A stretch of 64,000 nucleotides of DNA. It comes from Ruminiclostridium sp. (GTDB lineage: Bacteria > Bacillota > Clostridia > Oscillospirales > Ruminococcaceae). The stretch spans positions 15,411-79,410 of the forward strand of contig JAEEJW010000013.1 in NCBI GenBank assembly GCA_016282095.1, given 5' to 3'. Made by a program: the position numbers and the translations under genes. Positions 37,874-47,820 of this stretch are shown here, one piece after another. The notes beneath the pieces are model-generated. The model saw nothing but the letters and a program-made list of their open reading frames with translations. It had not been told where the DNA came from and ran no database searches. Position 1 is the stretch's first letter. The number at the start of each line of letters is the position of its first letter.

Positions 37874-37988
37874 ACCTATGTTCTCCTTTCAAAAAAATAC
37901 TGTAGAGAAATTATAACATACTTTAACAGTAAAGTCAATATTTTCGGCAAAAAAAATGACCCGCTTTCCGAAGAAAGCGGGATTAATT

Positions 37989-38924
37989 TTATGCTTTTTT
38001 CTTTGTCTCGGGGTGAGCGTTCTTCCATACTGCCCACGCGGGTCCCGCGATGAATATGGAGGAATAGCAGCCGGCGATAAGGCCGATGAACATCGGGAAT
38101 ACGAAGCTGATTATCGACTCAACGCCGCAGATAAGCGCTACAACGCACATCGAAAGCACGGCGATAGCTGTTGTTACCGTAGTTTTAATCGAACGTGTAA
38201 GCGACTGATTGATACTGCCGTTCACAAGTTCATCTATGGTGAGCTTCTTGCCGTAAAGCTTGCGGTTTTCTCTTACACGGTCGTAAAGAACGATCGTGTT
38301 GTTGATCGAGTAACCGAGTATCGTAAGGATAACCGCCATGAAGTTCGCGTCTATCGCAAGTCTCATGAATACGAACGTCGCGAATACCATGAATACATCA
38401 TTTGCGAGGGCGACCAGCGCGAACGCGCCTGCCGACCAGCCGCCGATGTTTCTGAAGCGGATGCCTATATAGATGATGAGAAGGATAAACGAGAATATTA
38501 CCGCAACAAAGCACTTGAGGAAGAAGGAGAAGCCAGCGCTGGGCTTAACGTCCTGGCTGTTCACCAGCTCAAGGCTGTTATCGGCGAATGTCTGACGGAG
38601 AGTGTCGGTGACCTGTACCTGTACGTCAGCGGTAAGTCCTTCGTCGGAAGCGAAGGATACCTGAACGGTCTCAAGGTCGGAGCCGAATGCCGAACCGGTG
38701 GTCACACCGACTGTACCGAGGCTCATGCCCTCAACTGTGGATTTGACCGAGTTGACATCGATCGTACCCTGATAGCTGTAGGTGAGCATTGTACCGCCCT
38801 TGAACTCGATATCCACCGGGACACCGATGATAAGCACGGTTATTATCGTGATAACGGCTATCGCTATCGGGATAATAAAGAATATCTTCTTGTTCTTGAG
38901 GAAGTCGAACTTGTTATTATTCAT
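37989..38924 (-). CDS. secF: protein translocase subunit SecF
   Basis: Typical SecF topology and motifs (GIRF.., VLYDRVREN). Coupled to secD. Confidence 0.9.
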   Translation of the reverse strand: MNNNKFDFLKNKKIFFIIPIAIAVITIITVLIIGVPVDIEFKGGTMLTYSYQGTIDVNSVKSTVEGMSLGTVGVTTGSAFGSDLETVQVSFASDEGLTADVQVQVTDTLRQTFADNSLELVNSQDVKPSAGFSFFLKCFVAVIFSFILLIIYIGIRFRNIGGWSAGAFALVALANDVFMVFATFVFMRLAIDANFMAVILTILGYSINNTIVLYDRVRENRKLYGKKLTIDELVNGSINQSLTRSIKTTVTTAIAVLSMCVVALICGVESIISFVFPMFIGLIAGCYSSIFIAGPAWAVWKNAHPETKKKA

Positions 38925-40348
38925 TAAGCCGCACCTCCCTCTTTTTTCTTGCCGCCGTAGAATACGGGGTTACGGAAAGCTCTGAATCTCGATATCGACA
39001 TCGTCATAAGTCTGGTGGTGAGGATACCGAAGAGGAAGTTGAGGACTACGCCGACTGCGAGAGTGTAGCCGAAAGCGTAGATAGAGCCTGCCGTGGACAC
39101 GCCGAACCATGTGAATATAGGCGTGAGGATTATCGCGCACCAGCTGTCGGGGGTACCGAAGGCGCCCATTAAGATGACCGCGATTATAAGCATTGTGATG
39201 TTGCCGTCAAAGATAGCGGAGAACGCACGCTTGAAACCTATATACAGCGCACCGTCTATCGTCTTGCCTGCGTAAAGCTCCTCTTTTATGCGCTCGTTGG
39301 TGATAACGTTCGCGTCAACGCCCATACCTACCGCAAGAATGATACCCGCGATACCTGGAATAGTCATCGTGAAGCTGTCGTTGAAGGCGAAGAAACCTGT
39401 TATAGCTGCGAATGTGCCTGCTACCTGACCGGCCAGGGAGATAGCAGCCATAACACCGGGAAGTCTGTACATTACGATGATAAGCACGCAGATAAGCGCA
39501 AACGCGATAACGCCCGCGATAGCCATAGCGTCGCGCGCACCGGTTCCGAGCGTAGGCGATATGGTGCTGAAGCTGTCCGTAATGAGCTTGAACGGGAGGG
39601 AACCGCCGTTTATCTTGTCCGCCAGAGCCTTTGCGTCCGGTCCGGACTCGAAGCTGCCGGAAATGGAAGCCTTGCCGTCATAGATGATAGCGTTTACGGT
39701 AGGAGCGGATATTTCTATATCGTCCATCCAGATAGAAATTCTGTTTCCGTTGCCGTACGCCTCTTTAGTGGCCTCCTCGAAGGCTTTCTTTCCGCTTTCG
39801 TTGAGTTCGAGGGATACTGCCCATTCACGGCTGCCGTCTTTGGCTGTGTCGTATGCGGGGTAAGCTCTCGCAACGTCCGTACCTGTCAGAACGACCTCAA
39901 GGTCTTCATAGGTCTGGCCGCTTGACAGATCGCCGCTGTAGCCCTTGCGGAAAGTGAGAAGAGCTGTCTCACCCAGCTCCTTGACCGCCTGTTCGGGGTC
40001 GAAGCTGTCGTCGTCGGACTGCCACGGGAATCGGCAGATTATTCTCCTGCTGTTCTGATCCACATAAATTTCATAGTCTGTGATGTTTTTCTCGACCATA
40101 CGGGTCTCGATTATCGAGCGAGCCGCGTCAAGGTCTTCAGTGCTGACGCTTGCTGCGTCCGCCGAAGGTGTGAATGTTACATCCACGCCGCCGCGGATAT
40201 CGATGCCCCAGCGAATATCCTTGACACCGCGGATATGCACCGTCTCAATGTCACCGTACCAAGTGCTGAATCCTGCCAGCGCGAAGTAAGTGAACACGGC
40301 GATCAGGATGAACACGATGAAAAACACCGGTTTTTTGACCTGCTTCAA
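38924..40348 (-). CDS. secD: protein translocase subunit SecD
   Basis: TTG start. GIDIRGG, LPFKL and the C-terminal six-TM block (DANVITNERIKEE). Confidence 0.9.
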   Translation of the reverse strand: MKQVKKPVFFIVFILIAVFTYFALAGFSTWYGDIETVHIRGVKDIRWGIDIRGGVDVTFTPSADAASVSTEDLDAARSIIETRMVEKNITDYEIYVDQNSRRIICRFPWQSDDDSFDPEQAVKELGETALLTFRKGYSGDLSSGQTYEDLEVVLTGTDVARAYPAYDTAKDGSREWAVSLELNESGKKAFEEATKEAYGNGNRISIWMDDIEISAPTVNAIIYDGKASISGSFESGPDAKALADKINGGSLPFKLITDSFSTISPTLGTGARDAMAIAGVIAFALICVLIIVMYRLPGVMAAISLAGQVAGTFAAITGFFAFNDSFTMTIPGIAGIILAVGMGVDANVITNERIKEELYAGKTIDGALYIGFKRAFSAIFDGNITMLIIAVILMGAFGTPDSWCAIILTPIFTWFGVSTAGSIYAFGYTLAVGVVLNFLFGILTTRLMTMSISRFRAFRNPVFYGGKKKEGGAA

Positions 40349-40491
40349 TTTGTGTTTTCACTCCGTTTCTTTTGCTTTCTTTGAAAAAAATTGAAAAAAT
40401 TGCAAATACTTTATTATTATAGTGCAAAATCATAAATAAGTCAAGAGTTTTGCGCCATTTTTATAAAAAAACGGTATGCTTTTTATGAAAA

Positions 40492-41928
40492 TCAGACGGA
40501 AAGCTCCGATCTCTCGCCAAGGATGTCCTTGTTCGCTTCCAGCACGGGCTTCACGCACTCTGCAAGGAATTCGACAGTCTGTTCGGGAGCTCTGCCGGTG
40601 AAATGCTCCGGTTTAAGGGTCGCAAGTATCTCTTCCTTGGTGATCTTGAATATCGGATCTGCGGCTATGCGTTCAACGAGGTCGTTTTCGCCGCCTTCTT
40701 CCTTTACTATCCTGCCTGCTGCCATGCTGTGCTGTCTGATGTGCTCGTGAAGTTCCTGACGGTCGCCGCCCTTCTCCACCGCATCCATGATTATATTCTC
40801 GGTCGCCATGAACGGCAGCTCCTTCATCACGCGCTGTCTGATTACTTTATCATATACGACGAGTCCGCCGGTAACGTTGAGCATGATATTGAGTATCGCG
40901 TCGGCGGCAAGGAACGCTTCCGCCACTGCTACACGCTTATTGGCGCTGTCATCGAGAGTTCTCTCGAACCACTGTGTGCCCGCCGTGAATGCAGGATTGA
41001 GCACATCTATCATAAGGTATCTCGAAAGCGCGGTGATACGCTCCGAGCGCATCGGGTTGCGCTTGTATGCCATTGCAGACGAGCCGATCTGATTCTTCTC
41101 GAAGGGTTCCTCGATTTCCTTGAAGTTCTGGAGCAGTCTGATGTCACAGCTGAACTTCGAGCAGCTCTCCGCAAGTCCGGAAAGTGCCTGAACTACCTGA
41201 TAGTCGAGTTTGCGCGGATATGTCTGCCCGCTTACCGCGAAGCATTTTTCAAATCCCATTTCCTCCGCGATCATCTGCTCGAGCTTCTTTATCTTCTCAC
41301 CGTCGCCGCCGAACAGCTCAACGAAGCTGGCCTGTGTACCTGTGGTGCCTTTCTGACCCAGCAGTTTCAGGTTCTTTATCCTGTATTCTATCTCCTCAAG
41401 ATCCATGAGAAGCTCCTGCATCCAGAGTGTAGCGCGCTTTCCTACGGTGGTAAGCTGCGCGGGCTGGAGGTGTGTGTATGCGAGGCACGGCATGGACTTA
41501 TACTTGTCCGCAAACTCCGCGAGATTAGCGATGACATTGACGAGCTTCCTGTGTACAACGTTCAGCGCGTCACGCATGATTATGACATCTGTGTTATCGC
41601 CTACATAGCACGATGTAGCGCCGAGGTGGATTATGCCCTTTGCCTTCGGACATACGAGACCGTAGGCGTAAACGTGGGACATAACATCGTGACGGACTTC
41701 CTTCTCCTTCTTCTCCGCTTCCGCGAAGTCGATATTGTCGATGTTGGCTTCAAGCTCCGCAACCTGCTCCTCGGTGATGTTGAGTCCGAGCTTCATCTCT
41801 GCTCTGGCAAGGGCTGTCCACAGTCTGCGGAAAGTGGAGAACTTCTTCTGCGCCGAAAAGATATACTGCATCTCCTGGCTGGCATATCTTGTACAGAACG
41901 GGCTTTCGTATGTGTCGTATCTGGTCAT
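40492..41928 (-). CDS. purB: adenylosuccinate lyase
   Basis: 478 aa with the fumarate-lyase signature (GSSAMAYKRNPMRSE). Confidence 0.9.
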   Translation of the reverse strand: MTRYDTYESPFCTRYASQEMQYIFSAQKKFSTFRRLWTALARAEMKLGLNITEEQVAELEANIDNIDFAEAEKKEKEVRHDVMSHVYAYGLVCPKAKGIIHLGATSCYVGDNTDVIIMRDALNVVHRKLVNVIANLAEFADKYKSMPCLAYTHLQPAQLTTVGKRATLWMQELLMDLEEIEYRIKNLKLLGQKGTTGTQASFVELFGGDGEKIKKLEQMIAEEMGFEKCFAVSGQTYPRKLDYQVVQALSGLAESCSKFSCDIRLLQNFKEIEEPFEKNQIGSSAMAYKRNPMRSERITALSRYLMIDVLNPAFTAGTQWFERTLDDSANKRVAVAEAFLAADAILNIMLNVTGGLVVYDKVIRQRVMKELPFMATENIIMDAVEKGGDRQELHEHIRQHSMAAGRIVKEEGGENDLVERIAADPIFKITKEEILATLKPEHFTGRAPEQTVEFLAECVKPVLEANKDILGERSELSV

Positions 41929-42053
41929 GGTATTCCTCCGTTATATTTTGATAAAACATACCCATATTTTAACATAAAACACGCCGTTTTACAACAGAAA
42001 TAACAAAAAAACATCATTTTTTGCAAAAAATCAGAAAAATGTCAAAAAAACAC

Positions 42054-42082
42054 TTGACAAACCGCGGCTTATGTGTTAAAAT
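42054..42082 (+). promoter_or_regulatory. sigma-A promoter of tRNA-Gln
   Basis: TTGACA (42054-42059), 17 nt, TAAAAT (42077-42082). Confidence 0.55.
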
Positions 42083-42105
42083 TGAAAAGCTGAATTGAAT
42101 AATAT

Positions 42106-42181
42106 TGCGGTGTAGCCAAGCGGTAAGGCACCTGACTCTGACTCAGGCATTTCCGGGGTTCAAATCCCTGCACCGCAACCA
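42106..42181 (+). tRNA. tRNA-Gln (anticodon CTG), CCA encoded
   Basis: Hand-folded cloverleaf with acceptor TGCGGTG/CACCGCA (U1:A72). The D arm is GCCAAGCGGTAAGGC. The anticodon arm is CCTGA-CTCTGAC-TCAGG. The T arm is CGGGG-TTCAAAT-CCCTG. The architecture is almost identical to E. coli tRNA-Gln(CUG). Confidence 0.9.
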
Positions 42182-42203
42182 TGCGCGATATCCGCGCTGT
42201 CAA

Positions 42204-42237
42204 TCCGTATGTCACTTCGGTGGCATACGGAATTTTT
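42204..42237 (+). terminator. rho-independent terminator after tRNA-Gln
   Basis: 12-bp stem TCCGTATGTCAC / GTGGCATACGGA with a TTCG tetraloop, followed by ATTTTT. Confidence 0.75.
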
Positions 42238-42351
42238 CTGCCTCGCCGCCGGCATTCCTATCTATTGATACTGATCCTCGATACGGAGTTTTTCTTTTTT
42301 ATTAAAGAAGCACCCCCGAAGCTTCCATTCACTGATACTGAGGTGAAAATT

Positions 42352-44394
42352 ATGGTACACAACAGATTTGCGGTCATCGGAATAAGTCTGTTCGTGTGCT
42401 TTTTTATTTCTTCGTTCATCGGCAGTTTTCTGTCCTTCGCAGTCTGTGCAGTCTTCGCAGCAGCGGCGGTTATCTGTTTTACGGCAAGGAAGCGCGCCGC
42501 GGCCTTCGCAGTCTCTGCCTGTGCTGCGGCTTTTCTTATATACGGGATTTATTCCGCTGCGTTCATCGAACCTACAGAAACGCTGAAAGACCGCACTGTC
42601 CCCGTCACTGCGTCCGTTCTCTCCATCGGCAGACCCGGCAGGGATCATGCCTACATAACCGCAAGCGGCACTGCTGACGGAATACCCGTAAAGTTCTCGT
42701 TCTATTCGAACAATACCTTTGTCTCACCGGGCAGCACCGTTACCGCGGACGTTACGTTTTCCGATCTTATACATACCGCGTCATTCAACGACAGCTACAA
42801 CTACTCCCAGGGCATATTCCTGCACGCTTACGCGGAAAACACCGAGTTCACCGAAAGTGATTTCTCACTGGTCGGTGCTATCAGCGGATATGCAAAGAAG
42901 CTGCGTTCCGATGCAGCCGCCTCTCTCAGCGTAGACACCGGCGGACTGCTGCTTGCAGTGTTCTTCGGAGACAAGAGCGTTCTCCCGGACGATATCGCAG
43001 CAGATATCCGAAGGTGCGGGCTCTCACATTTCACCGCTGTTTCCGGTATGCACCTGTCTATCATAATAATAGTACTTATGTCAGTGCTCGGAGTCCTTCC
43101 GTTCGGCAGGAACCGCATCGTACGCTTCATATCCGTGATCGCACTTACCGCAGCATTTATGCTGTTCTTCAATATGACCGCTTCGGTGCGCCGAAGCGGC
43201 ATAATGCTGATCATATTCTACGGTTCGGAGCTTTTCCGGCGCGAAAGATCAACTCTCAACTCCCTCGGTGCCGCATTGACCCTGATACTGCTGGCCGAGC
43301 CTTTCGCCTGCCGCGATTCAGGTCTGCTTTTGTCCGCCTGCGGAACATTCGGTGCCGGAGTAGTGTCTCCTGCGCTGTGCAGTCTGCTTGAAAAGCGCAT
43401 AAAGATCTCTCCCGTTCTGAACGCTGTTGTAACAAGCGTATGCGCCTCATACTGCACTGTTCCTGCATCGGCGCTGGTGTTCGGAGGCTTTTCGGTGCTT
43501 TCGCCGCTCACCTCGCCGCTGATACTGCCCTTCTTTACGGTCGCACTGGTATTTACACTGCTGTTTGTGCTTACGGGCGGTTTGTTCCGCTTTCTGCTGC
43601 TGCCCGCAGGCGCGGTGCTGAAACTCGTCATATACGCGGTACATTTCCTCGCAGGGTTCAGATACGCTTACATAGTCCCGGACAGTGAAATATTCCCTGT
43701 ATTCGCGGCAGCTGCGGGTATATTTATAGCGGCAGCAGCGCTGATAGTCCGGCGCAGGCACATGAGCAGCCGCTTCACAGCCTATTCAGCCGTAATAGCC
43801 TTCTGTGCGCTGATTGGAATGGTGACCGCCGACAGGATAATTGACAGCGGCACCGCAAAGATAACCGTATATTCCGACGGAGATGACTATATCGCGGCAG
43901 TCTCCTACCGTTCAGGCGTGTCACTGTTCGCGTCGGGAATAAGCCGCAGCCTTTCGGACAAGGCTTATGATATAATGGCAGGACTGAGCATAAGTACATT
44001 CGATACGATCTGCGTCATAATGCCGGAAAACAGCGCCGTATATTCAAAGTCTTTCTCTACCCTGCCTGCCCTCCAACGGCATTTCACCGACGAAGACGAG
44101 TATATCTGCGACATCGGAGGCAAATACACGGTCAGCATCAGCGAGGACGCCTTCATGACTGAGTTCAACGGTGTTTCGGTGCTTATGACCGATATAAAAT
44201 CCGCTCCGGATTACGGAAGTCAGGATATCGCCCTCTGCGCAGGCTACACCCGCTCCGCAGACCTTGAAGCCAACGGCATCACCGTGCTCTCTGCCAAACG
44301 GTATAAAGAATACCCCGGCGCCTACAACGCCTATTATGAACAGATCGAGCTCCGTATTGCCCCCGACGGCCGCGTGCGGGTAGTAAGCAGTTAG
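42352..44394 (+). CDS. comEC: ComEC/Rec2 family DNA internalisation channel protein
   Basis: ATG 42352 behind GAGGTG; the ORF-track start 42181 overlaps the tRNA. It has an N-terminal DUF4131-like region and a multi-TM competence domain (GLSHFTAVSGMHLSI). The C-terminal roughly 200 aa occupy the metallo-beta-lactamase position, but no HxHxDH motif is visible. Confidence 0.75.
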   Translation: MVHNRFAVIGISLFVCFFISSFIGSFLSFAVCAVFAAAAVICFTARKRAAAFAVSACAAAFLIYGIYSAAFIEPTETLKDRTVPVTASVLSIGRPGRDHAYITASGTADGIPVKFSFYSNNTFVSPGSTVTADVTFSDLIHTASFNDSYNYSQGIFLHAYAENTEFTESDFSLVGAISGYAKKLRSDAAASLSVDTGGLLLAVFFGDKSVLPDDIAADIRRCGLSHFTAVSGMHLSIIIIVLMSVLGVLPFGRNRIVRFISVIALTAAFMLFFNMTASVRRSGIMLIIFYGSELFRRERSTLNSLGAALTLILLAEPFACRDSGLLLSACGTFGAGVVSPALCSLLEKRIKISPVLNAVVTSVCASYCTVPASALVFGGFSVLSPLTSPLILPFFTVALVFTLLFVLTGGLFRFLLLPAGAVLKLVIYAVHFLAGFRYAYIVPDSEIFPVFAAAAGIFIAAAALIVRRRHMSSRFTAYSAVIAFCALIGMVTADRIIDSGTAKITVYSDGDDYIAAVSYRSGVSLFASGISRSLSDKAYDIMAGLSISTFDTICVIMPENSAVYSKSFSTLPALQRHFTDEDEYICDIGGKYTVSISEDAFMTEFNGVSVLMTDIKSAPDYGSQDIALCAGYTRSADLEANGITVLSAKRYKEYPGAYNAYYEQIELRIAPDGRVRVVSS

Positions 44395-44395
44395 T

Positions 44396-44520
44396 CGCTT
44401 GCACTTGAGTTTTTTGCCCTGCGCGGGTGACGCCTGCGTGACGACGGACCAGATCGCTTCGCCTTGCAGATCCGGAAGGCAGTAAAACCGGAAAGCATTG
44501 AAAAAGGCAGAAAAATGTCT
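44396..44520. repeat. partial long-form copy (E) of the dispersed intergenic repeat
   Basis: TCGCTTGCACTTGAGTT.., ..GATCGCTTCGCCTTGCAGATCCGG (box at 44461-44475), and ..AAAAAGGCAGAAAAATGT align with the left half of copy A (23119-23270). Confidence 0.45.
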
Positions 44521-44559
44521 CTTGACGGCCGCAGCATACTGACATCTGAATAATGTAAA

Positions 44560-44596
44560 GACAGGAAACCGCTTAAACCCGGTTCCTGTCTTTTTT
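44560..44596 (+). terminator. rho-independent terminator downstream of comEC
   Basis: GACAGGAAACC..GGTTCCTGTC followed by TTTTTT. Confidence 0.7.
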
Positions 44597-44683
44597 ATGT
44601 TGATAGTAATAGTCGTAATAGATAAAAATATTCATTGCCTACTATTTTTATATGTTTAATATGCAGATTTGTTTTAATTCCTA

Positions 44684-44712
44684 TTGACTTGATATGATTA
44701 CAGGTGTATAAT
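44684..44712 (+). promoter_or_regulatory. sigma-A promoter of the metY sulfur-carrier cluster
   Basis: TTGACT (44684-44689), 17 nt, TATAAT (44707-44712). The leader is only about 30 nt, so there is no room for a riboswitch. Confidence 0.6.
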
Positions 44713-44743
44713 GTTAGCAAGTTAACCGAAAGCCGGTGATAAA

Positions 44744-45964
44744 ATGAAATTCAACACTTCTCTGCTGCACGGTACGGCAGTGAATGACAAATACGGAGCG
44801 ACACAGCAGCCGATCTATCAGGTAAGCGCATTCGCTCATGACAGCGCGGAGACGCTGGAAAAAGTGTTCTCGAACCACGCTCCCGGATATGCATACTCCC
44901 GTATAGGAAATCCGACTGTCGATGCCTTCGAAAAGCGCATAGCCGGGCTTGAAGGCGGCATAGGAGCTGTAGCCTGTTCATCGGGAATGTCCGCTGTAAC
45001 AATGTCACTGCTCAATATCCTGCGATCTGGTGACGAAGTGATAGCAGGAGCAGGACTGTTCGGCGGTACGATAGACCTGTTCGGCGATCTCGCACAGTTC
45101 GGTATAACGGTAAAGTTCGTTGACAGCGTCACCGCAGAGAGCACAGCGCCGCTTATCAATGAGCGGACAAGGGCGGTCTTCACCGAGCTTATAGGAAACC
45201 CGAAGCTCGATGTTGTGGATATAAAAAGCGTCGCTGAAGTTTGTCATGCAAACAGTATTCCACTCATAATCGACAGTACCACCGCAACGCCATACCTCGC
45301 CCGTCCGTTTGAATACGGCGCGGATATCGTGGTACATTCCGCGTCAAAGTACATCAACGGCGGCGGGAATTCGATAGCCGGTGTAATCATCGACAGCGGC
45401 AGATTCAGGTGGGATACCGCAAAATTCCCTGCATTTGACGGGTATAAGGCATTCGGAAAGTTCGCATATCTTGCAAAGCTGCGGAACGGTTTCTGGCGCA
45501 ATGCCGGAGTCTGTCTGTCCCCGTTCAACGCGTATATGTGTTCGGTCGGGCTGGAGACAATGGGACTGCGCATGGACAGGATATGCGAAAACGCAAAACA
45601 GCTTGCGGAGCATTTGCAGTCACTTGACGGCGTGACGGTTAATTATCCCGCGCTCGAATCAAGCCCTTATTACCCGCTCGTCAGGTCCCAGCTCGGCGGC
45701 AGGGGCGGCGGTATCCTGACGATACGCACAGGCAGCAAGGAAAAGGCATTCAGACTCATAAACTCGCTGAAATACGCGCTTATCGCAACGAATATCGGAG
45801 ACATACGCACGCTGGTCATTCACCCCGCAAGCACGATATATCTGCATTCGGACAAAGAACAGCGCGAGCAGGCCGGCGTATATGATGATACTATCCGTGT
45901 GAGCGTCGGCATCGAGGATATAGACGATCTGAAAAACGACTTTGAGAATGCGATCGGATCATAG
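44744..45964 (+). CDS. metY: O-acetylhomoserine sulfhydrylase-type PLP enzyme (Cys/Met metabolism family)
   Basis: 406 aa with the PLP-lysine motif HSASKYINGGGNSIAGV, N-terminal YSRIGNPT, and overall MetY/CysD-like sequence. Confidence 0.8.
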   Translation: MKFNTSLLHGTAVNDKYGATQQPIYQVSAFAHDSAETLEKVFSNHAPGYAYSRIGNPTVDAFEKRIAGLEGGIGAVACSSGMSAVTMSLLNILRSGDEVIAGAGLFGGTIDLFGDLAQFGITVKFVDSVTAESTAPLINERTRAVFTELIGNPKLDVVDIKSVAEVCHANSIPLIIDSTTATPYLARPFEYGADIVVHSASKYINGGGNSIAGVIIDSGRFRWDTAKFPAFDGYKAFGKFAYLAKLRNGFWRNAGVCLSPFNAYMCSVGLETMGLRMDRICENAKQLAEHLQSLDGVTVNYPALESSPYYPLVRSQLGGRGGGILTIRTGSKEKAFRLINSLKYALIATNIGDIRTLVIHPASTIYLHSDKEQREQAGVYDDTIRVSVGIEDIDDLKNDFENAIGS

Positions 45965-46023
45965 TTTCAACACTGCGCCGACAGGCAAAATAATAAGTAA
46001 ACTACACAAGGAGATATTTAAAA

Positions 46024-46269
46024 ATGGCTGAATTCAACATTACGGACAGCGTTGACATCACCGATGTGACCTGCCCGGTAACATTCGTGAAAGCAAAGGT
46101 AGCTCTCGATGAGCTCGACGACGGCGATATTCTCGAGATCCGTCTGAACGACGGCGAGCCTGTGCAGAACGTCCCGCGCAGCATCAAGGAAGAGGGGCAC
46201 AAAGTGCTTGCACTGACGCAGAACGACGACGGCACATACCGTCTCATTGTTCAGAAGGTGGGCGATTGA
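46024..46269 (+). CDS. TusA/SirA-family sulfurtransferase-like protein
   Basis: 81 aa with an active-site-type Cys in DVTCPVTFVKAKVALDEL and a two-layer alpha/beta pattern. Confidence 0.7.
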   Translation: MAEFNITDSVDITDVTCPVTFVKAKVALDELDDGDILEIRLNDGEPVQNVPRSIKEEGHKVLALTQNDDGTYRLIVQKVGD

Positions 46270-46270
46270 T

Positions 46271-46588
46271 ATGGCAGAGCGCATAACGTCCGCCGACTTC
46301 AGCGAAAAGGTGCTGAACGCGGAACTCCCCGTACTCGTGGACTTCTACTCAGATACCTGCGTGCCGTGCAGAATGCTCTCACCCGTGCTTTCACAGCTCG
46401 AAAGCGAGCTCGGCGGAAAACTGCTGATCTACAAGGTGAATGTCGGTTATGAGCAGGAGCTTGTCGAAAAATACGAAGTACAGGCTTCCCCGACACTGAT
46501 ATTTTTCAAGAACGGCGAGGAAGTGGCGAGACTTCGCGGAATGACACAGAAAGCAAAGCTGATCGAAGAATTTGAAAAAATACAGTAA
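46271..46588 (+). CDS. thioredoxin-family protein (CVPC active site)
   Basis: ATG 46271. VLVDFYSDTCVPCRMLSP.., with a CxxC motif in a thioredoxin-length protein. Confidence 0.75.
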   Translation: MAERITSADFSEKVLNAELPVLVDFYSDTCVPCRMLSPVLSQLESELGGKLLIYKVNVGYEQELVEKYEVQASPTLIFFKNGEEVARLRGMTQKAKLIEEFEKIQ

Positions 46589-46670
46589 ATAATAATTCTG
46601 TCCGGGCCGGAGCGGTCAGCGAGAGGCTTAAACCCCCGGAACATTTACTATAAGACAAGGAGACAATGAC

Positions 46671-46877
46671 ATGAAACTTACAGTTGCAGGAAAAAACAAG
46701 GAATACGCCGACGGACTCACCGTCGCACAGCTCGTAGAGCTTGAAAACGTCGAAACACCGCAGTACGTCACTGTCACGGTGAATGACGAGTTTGTCGAAA
46801 GCGGCGGCTTTGCGGAAACAACGCTCAAAGACGGCGATACAGTCGAGTTTCTGTACTTCATGGGAGGTGGCTGCTGA
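46671..46877 (+). CDS. ThiS/MoaD-family sulfur-carrier protein ending GGGC (one residue past the Gly-Gly)
   Basis: 68 aa, ..LKDGDTVEFLYFMGGGC-stop. The stop overlaps the ATG of the E1-like gene (TGATG). Confidence 0.7.
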   Translation: MKLTVAGKNKEYADGLTVAQLVELENVETPQYVTVTVNDEFVESGGFAETTLKDGDTVEFLYFMGGGC

Positions 46878-47686
46878 TGCCTTTTACAAACGAACAGCTC
46901 GAACGCTACTCCCGCCATATCATCTTAAAGGAAGTCGGAGCGAAGGGTCAGAAGAAGCTCTCACAGGCAAAGGTGCTTATAATCGGCGCGGGCGGTCTCG
47001 GAGCTCCCGTAGCTTTGTATCTTGCGGCTGCTGGTGTAGGAACTATCGGCATAGTCGATGCGGACGAGGTAGATCTTTCCAATCTGCAAAGACAGGTGAT
47101 ACATACCACAGCCGACATCGGGAAGCCGAAAGTACAGTCCGCGAAAGAGACCATGGAAGCAATAAACCCCGACGTGACAGTCAACACCTACCATACGTTC
47201 GTGACAAGCGAGAACGTGCTTGACCTCATCAGGGACTACGATTTTATCCTCGACGGAACTGACAATTTTCCGGCTAAATTTCTGATAAACGACGCGTGCG
47301 TAATGGCAAAGAAGCCCTTTTCACACGCCGGAATAATCCGTTTCAAGGGACAGCTTATGACTTATGTGCCGGGACAGGGACCTTGCTACCGCTGCGTGTT
47401 CAGGAATCCCCCGCCTAAGGATGCGGTACCGACCTGCAAGCAAGCGGGCGTGATCGGTGCAATGGGCGGCGTCATCGGTTCCTTACAGGCTATGGAAGCA
47501 GTAAAGTACATAGTCGGCGCAGGCGACCTGCTAACGGGATATCTGCTGACCTTCGATGCCCTGAAAATGGAGTGGCACAAAGTGAAGCTCCCGTCTGATA
47601 CCAGCAAGTGCGCGGTCTGCGGCGACCACCCGACGATCACCGAACTTGTTGATTACGAGCAGGCGGAATGTGATATGAAGAAATAA
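46877..47686 (+). CDS. ThiF/MoeB/HesA-family E1-like adenylyltransferase
   Basis: YSRHIILKEVG, IIGAGGLGAPVALYLAAAGVG, DLSNLQRQ, and zinc CxxC pairs (CYRC, CAVC). No rhodanese domain. Confidence 0.85.
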   Translation: MPFTNEQLERYSRHIILKEVGAKGQKKLSQAKVLIIGAGGLGAPVALYLAAAGVGTIGIVDADEVDLSNLQRQVIHTTADIGKPKVQSAKETMEAINPDVTVNTYHTFVTSENVLDLIRDYDFILDGTDNFPAKFLINDACVMAKKPFSHAGIIRFKGQLMTYVPGQGPCYRCVFRNPPPKDAVPTCKQAGVIGAMGGVIGSLQAMEAVKYIVGAGDLLTGYLLTFDALKMEWHKVKLPSDTSKCAVCGDHPTITELVDYEQAECDMKK

Positions 47687-47687
47687 T

Positions 47688-47820
47688 GAACAGTGAATGG
47701 TGAAGAGCGTAAAGTGAATAATTGTGGTATTCCGCTGCGCGGAATATATTAAAATGGCCGCCGCAGGCGACACCATAACTATTCACTGTTCCTTCTTCAT
47801 TATTCACTATTCACTTCTTC
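47688..47820 (+). promoter_or_regulatory. structured intra-cluster spacer with six GTGAA(T/G)/ATTCAC boxes and a central palindrome
   Basis: GTGAAT 47693, GTGAAG 47700, GTGAAT 47714; ATTCAC 47781, 47802, 47809. Central palindrome TATTCCGC-tgc-GCGGAATA (47728-47746). Two mutually exclusive long helices are possible (47688-98:47781-91 and 47713-22:47799-808). Confidence 0.35.

Noticed and set aside
42181-42351. ORF-track start of comEC at 42181.
   Set aside because: It begins inside the CCA end of tRNA-Gln and runs through the tRNA terminator. ATG 42352, with GAGGTG 7 nt upstream, precedes the first TM helix.
44597-44743. SAM (S-box) riboswitch or T-box expected upstream of metY.
   Set aside because: The consensus promoter at 44684-44712 leaves only a roughly 30-nt leader. 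No S-box or T-box conserved helices or a terminator were seen in the AT-rich upstream DNA.
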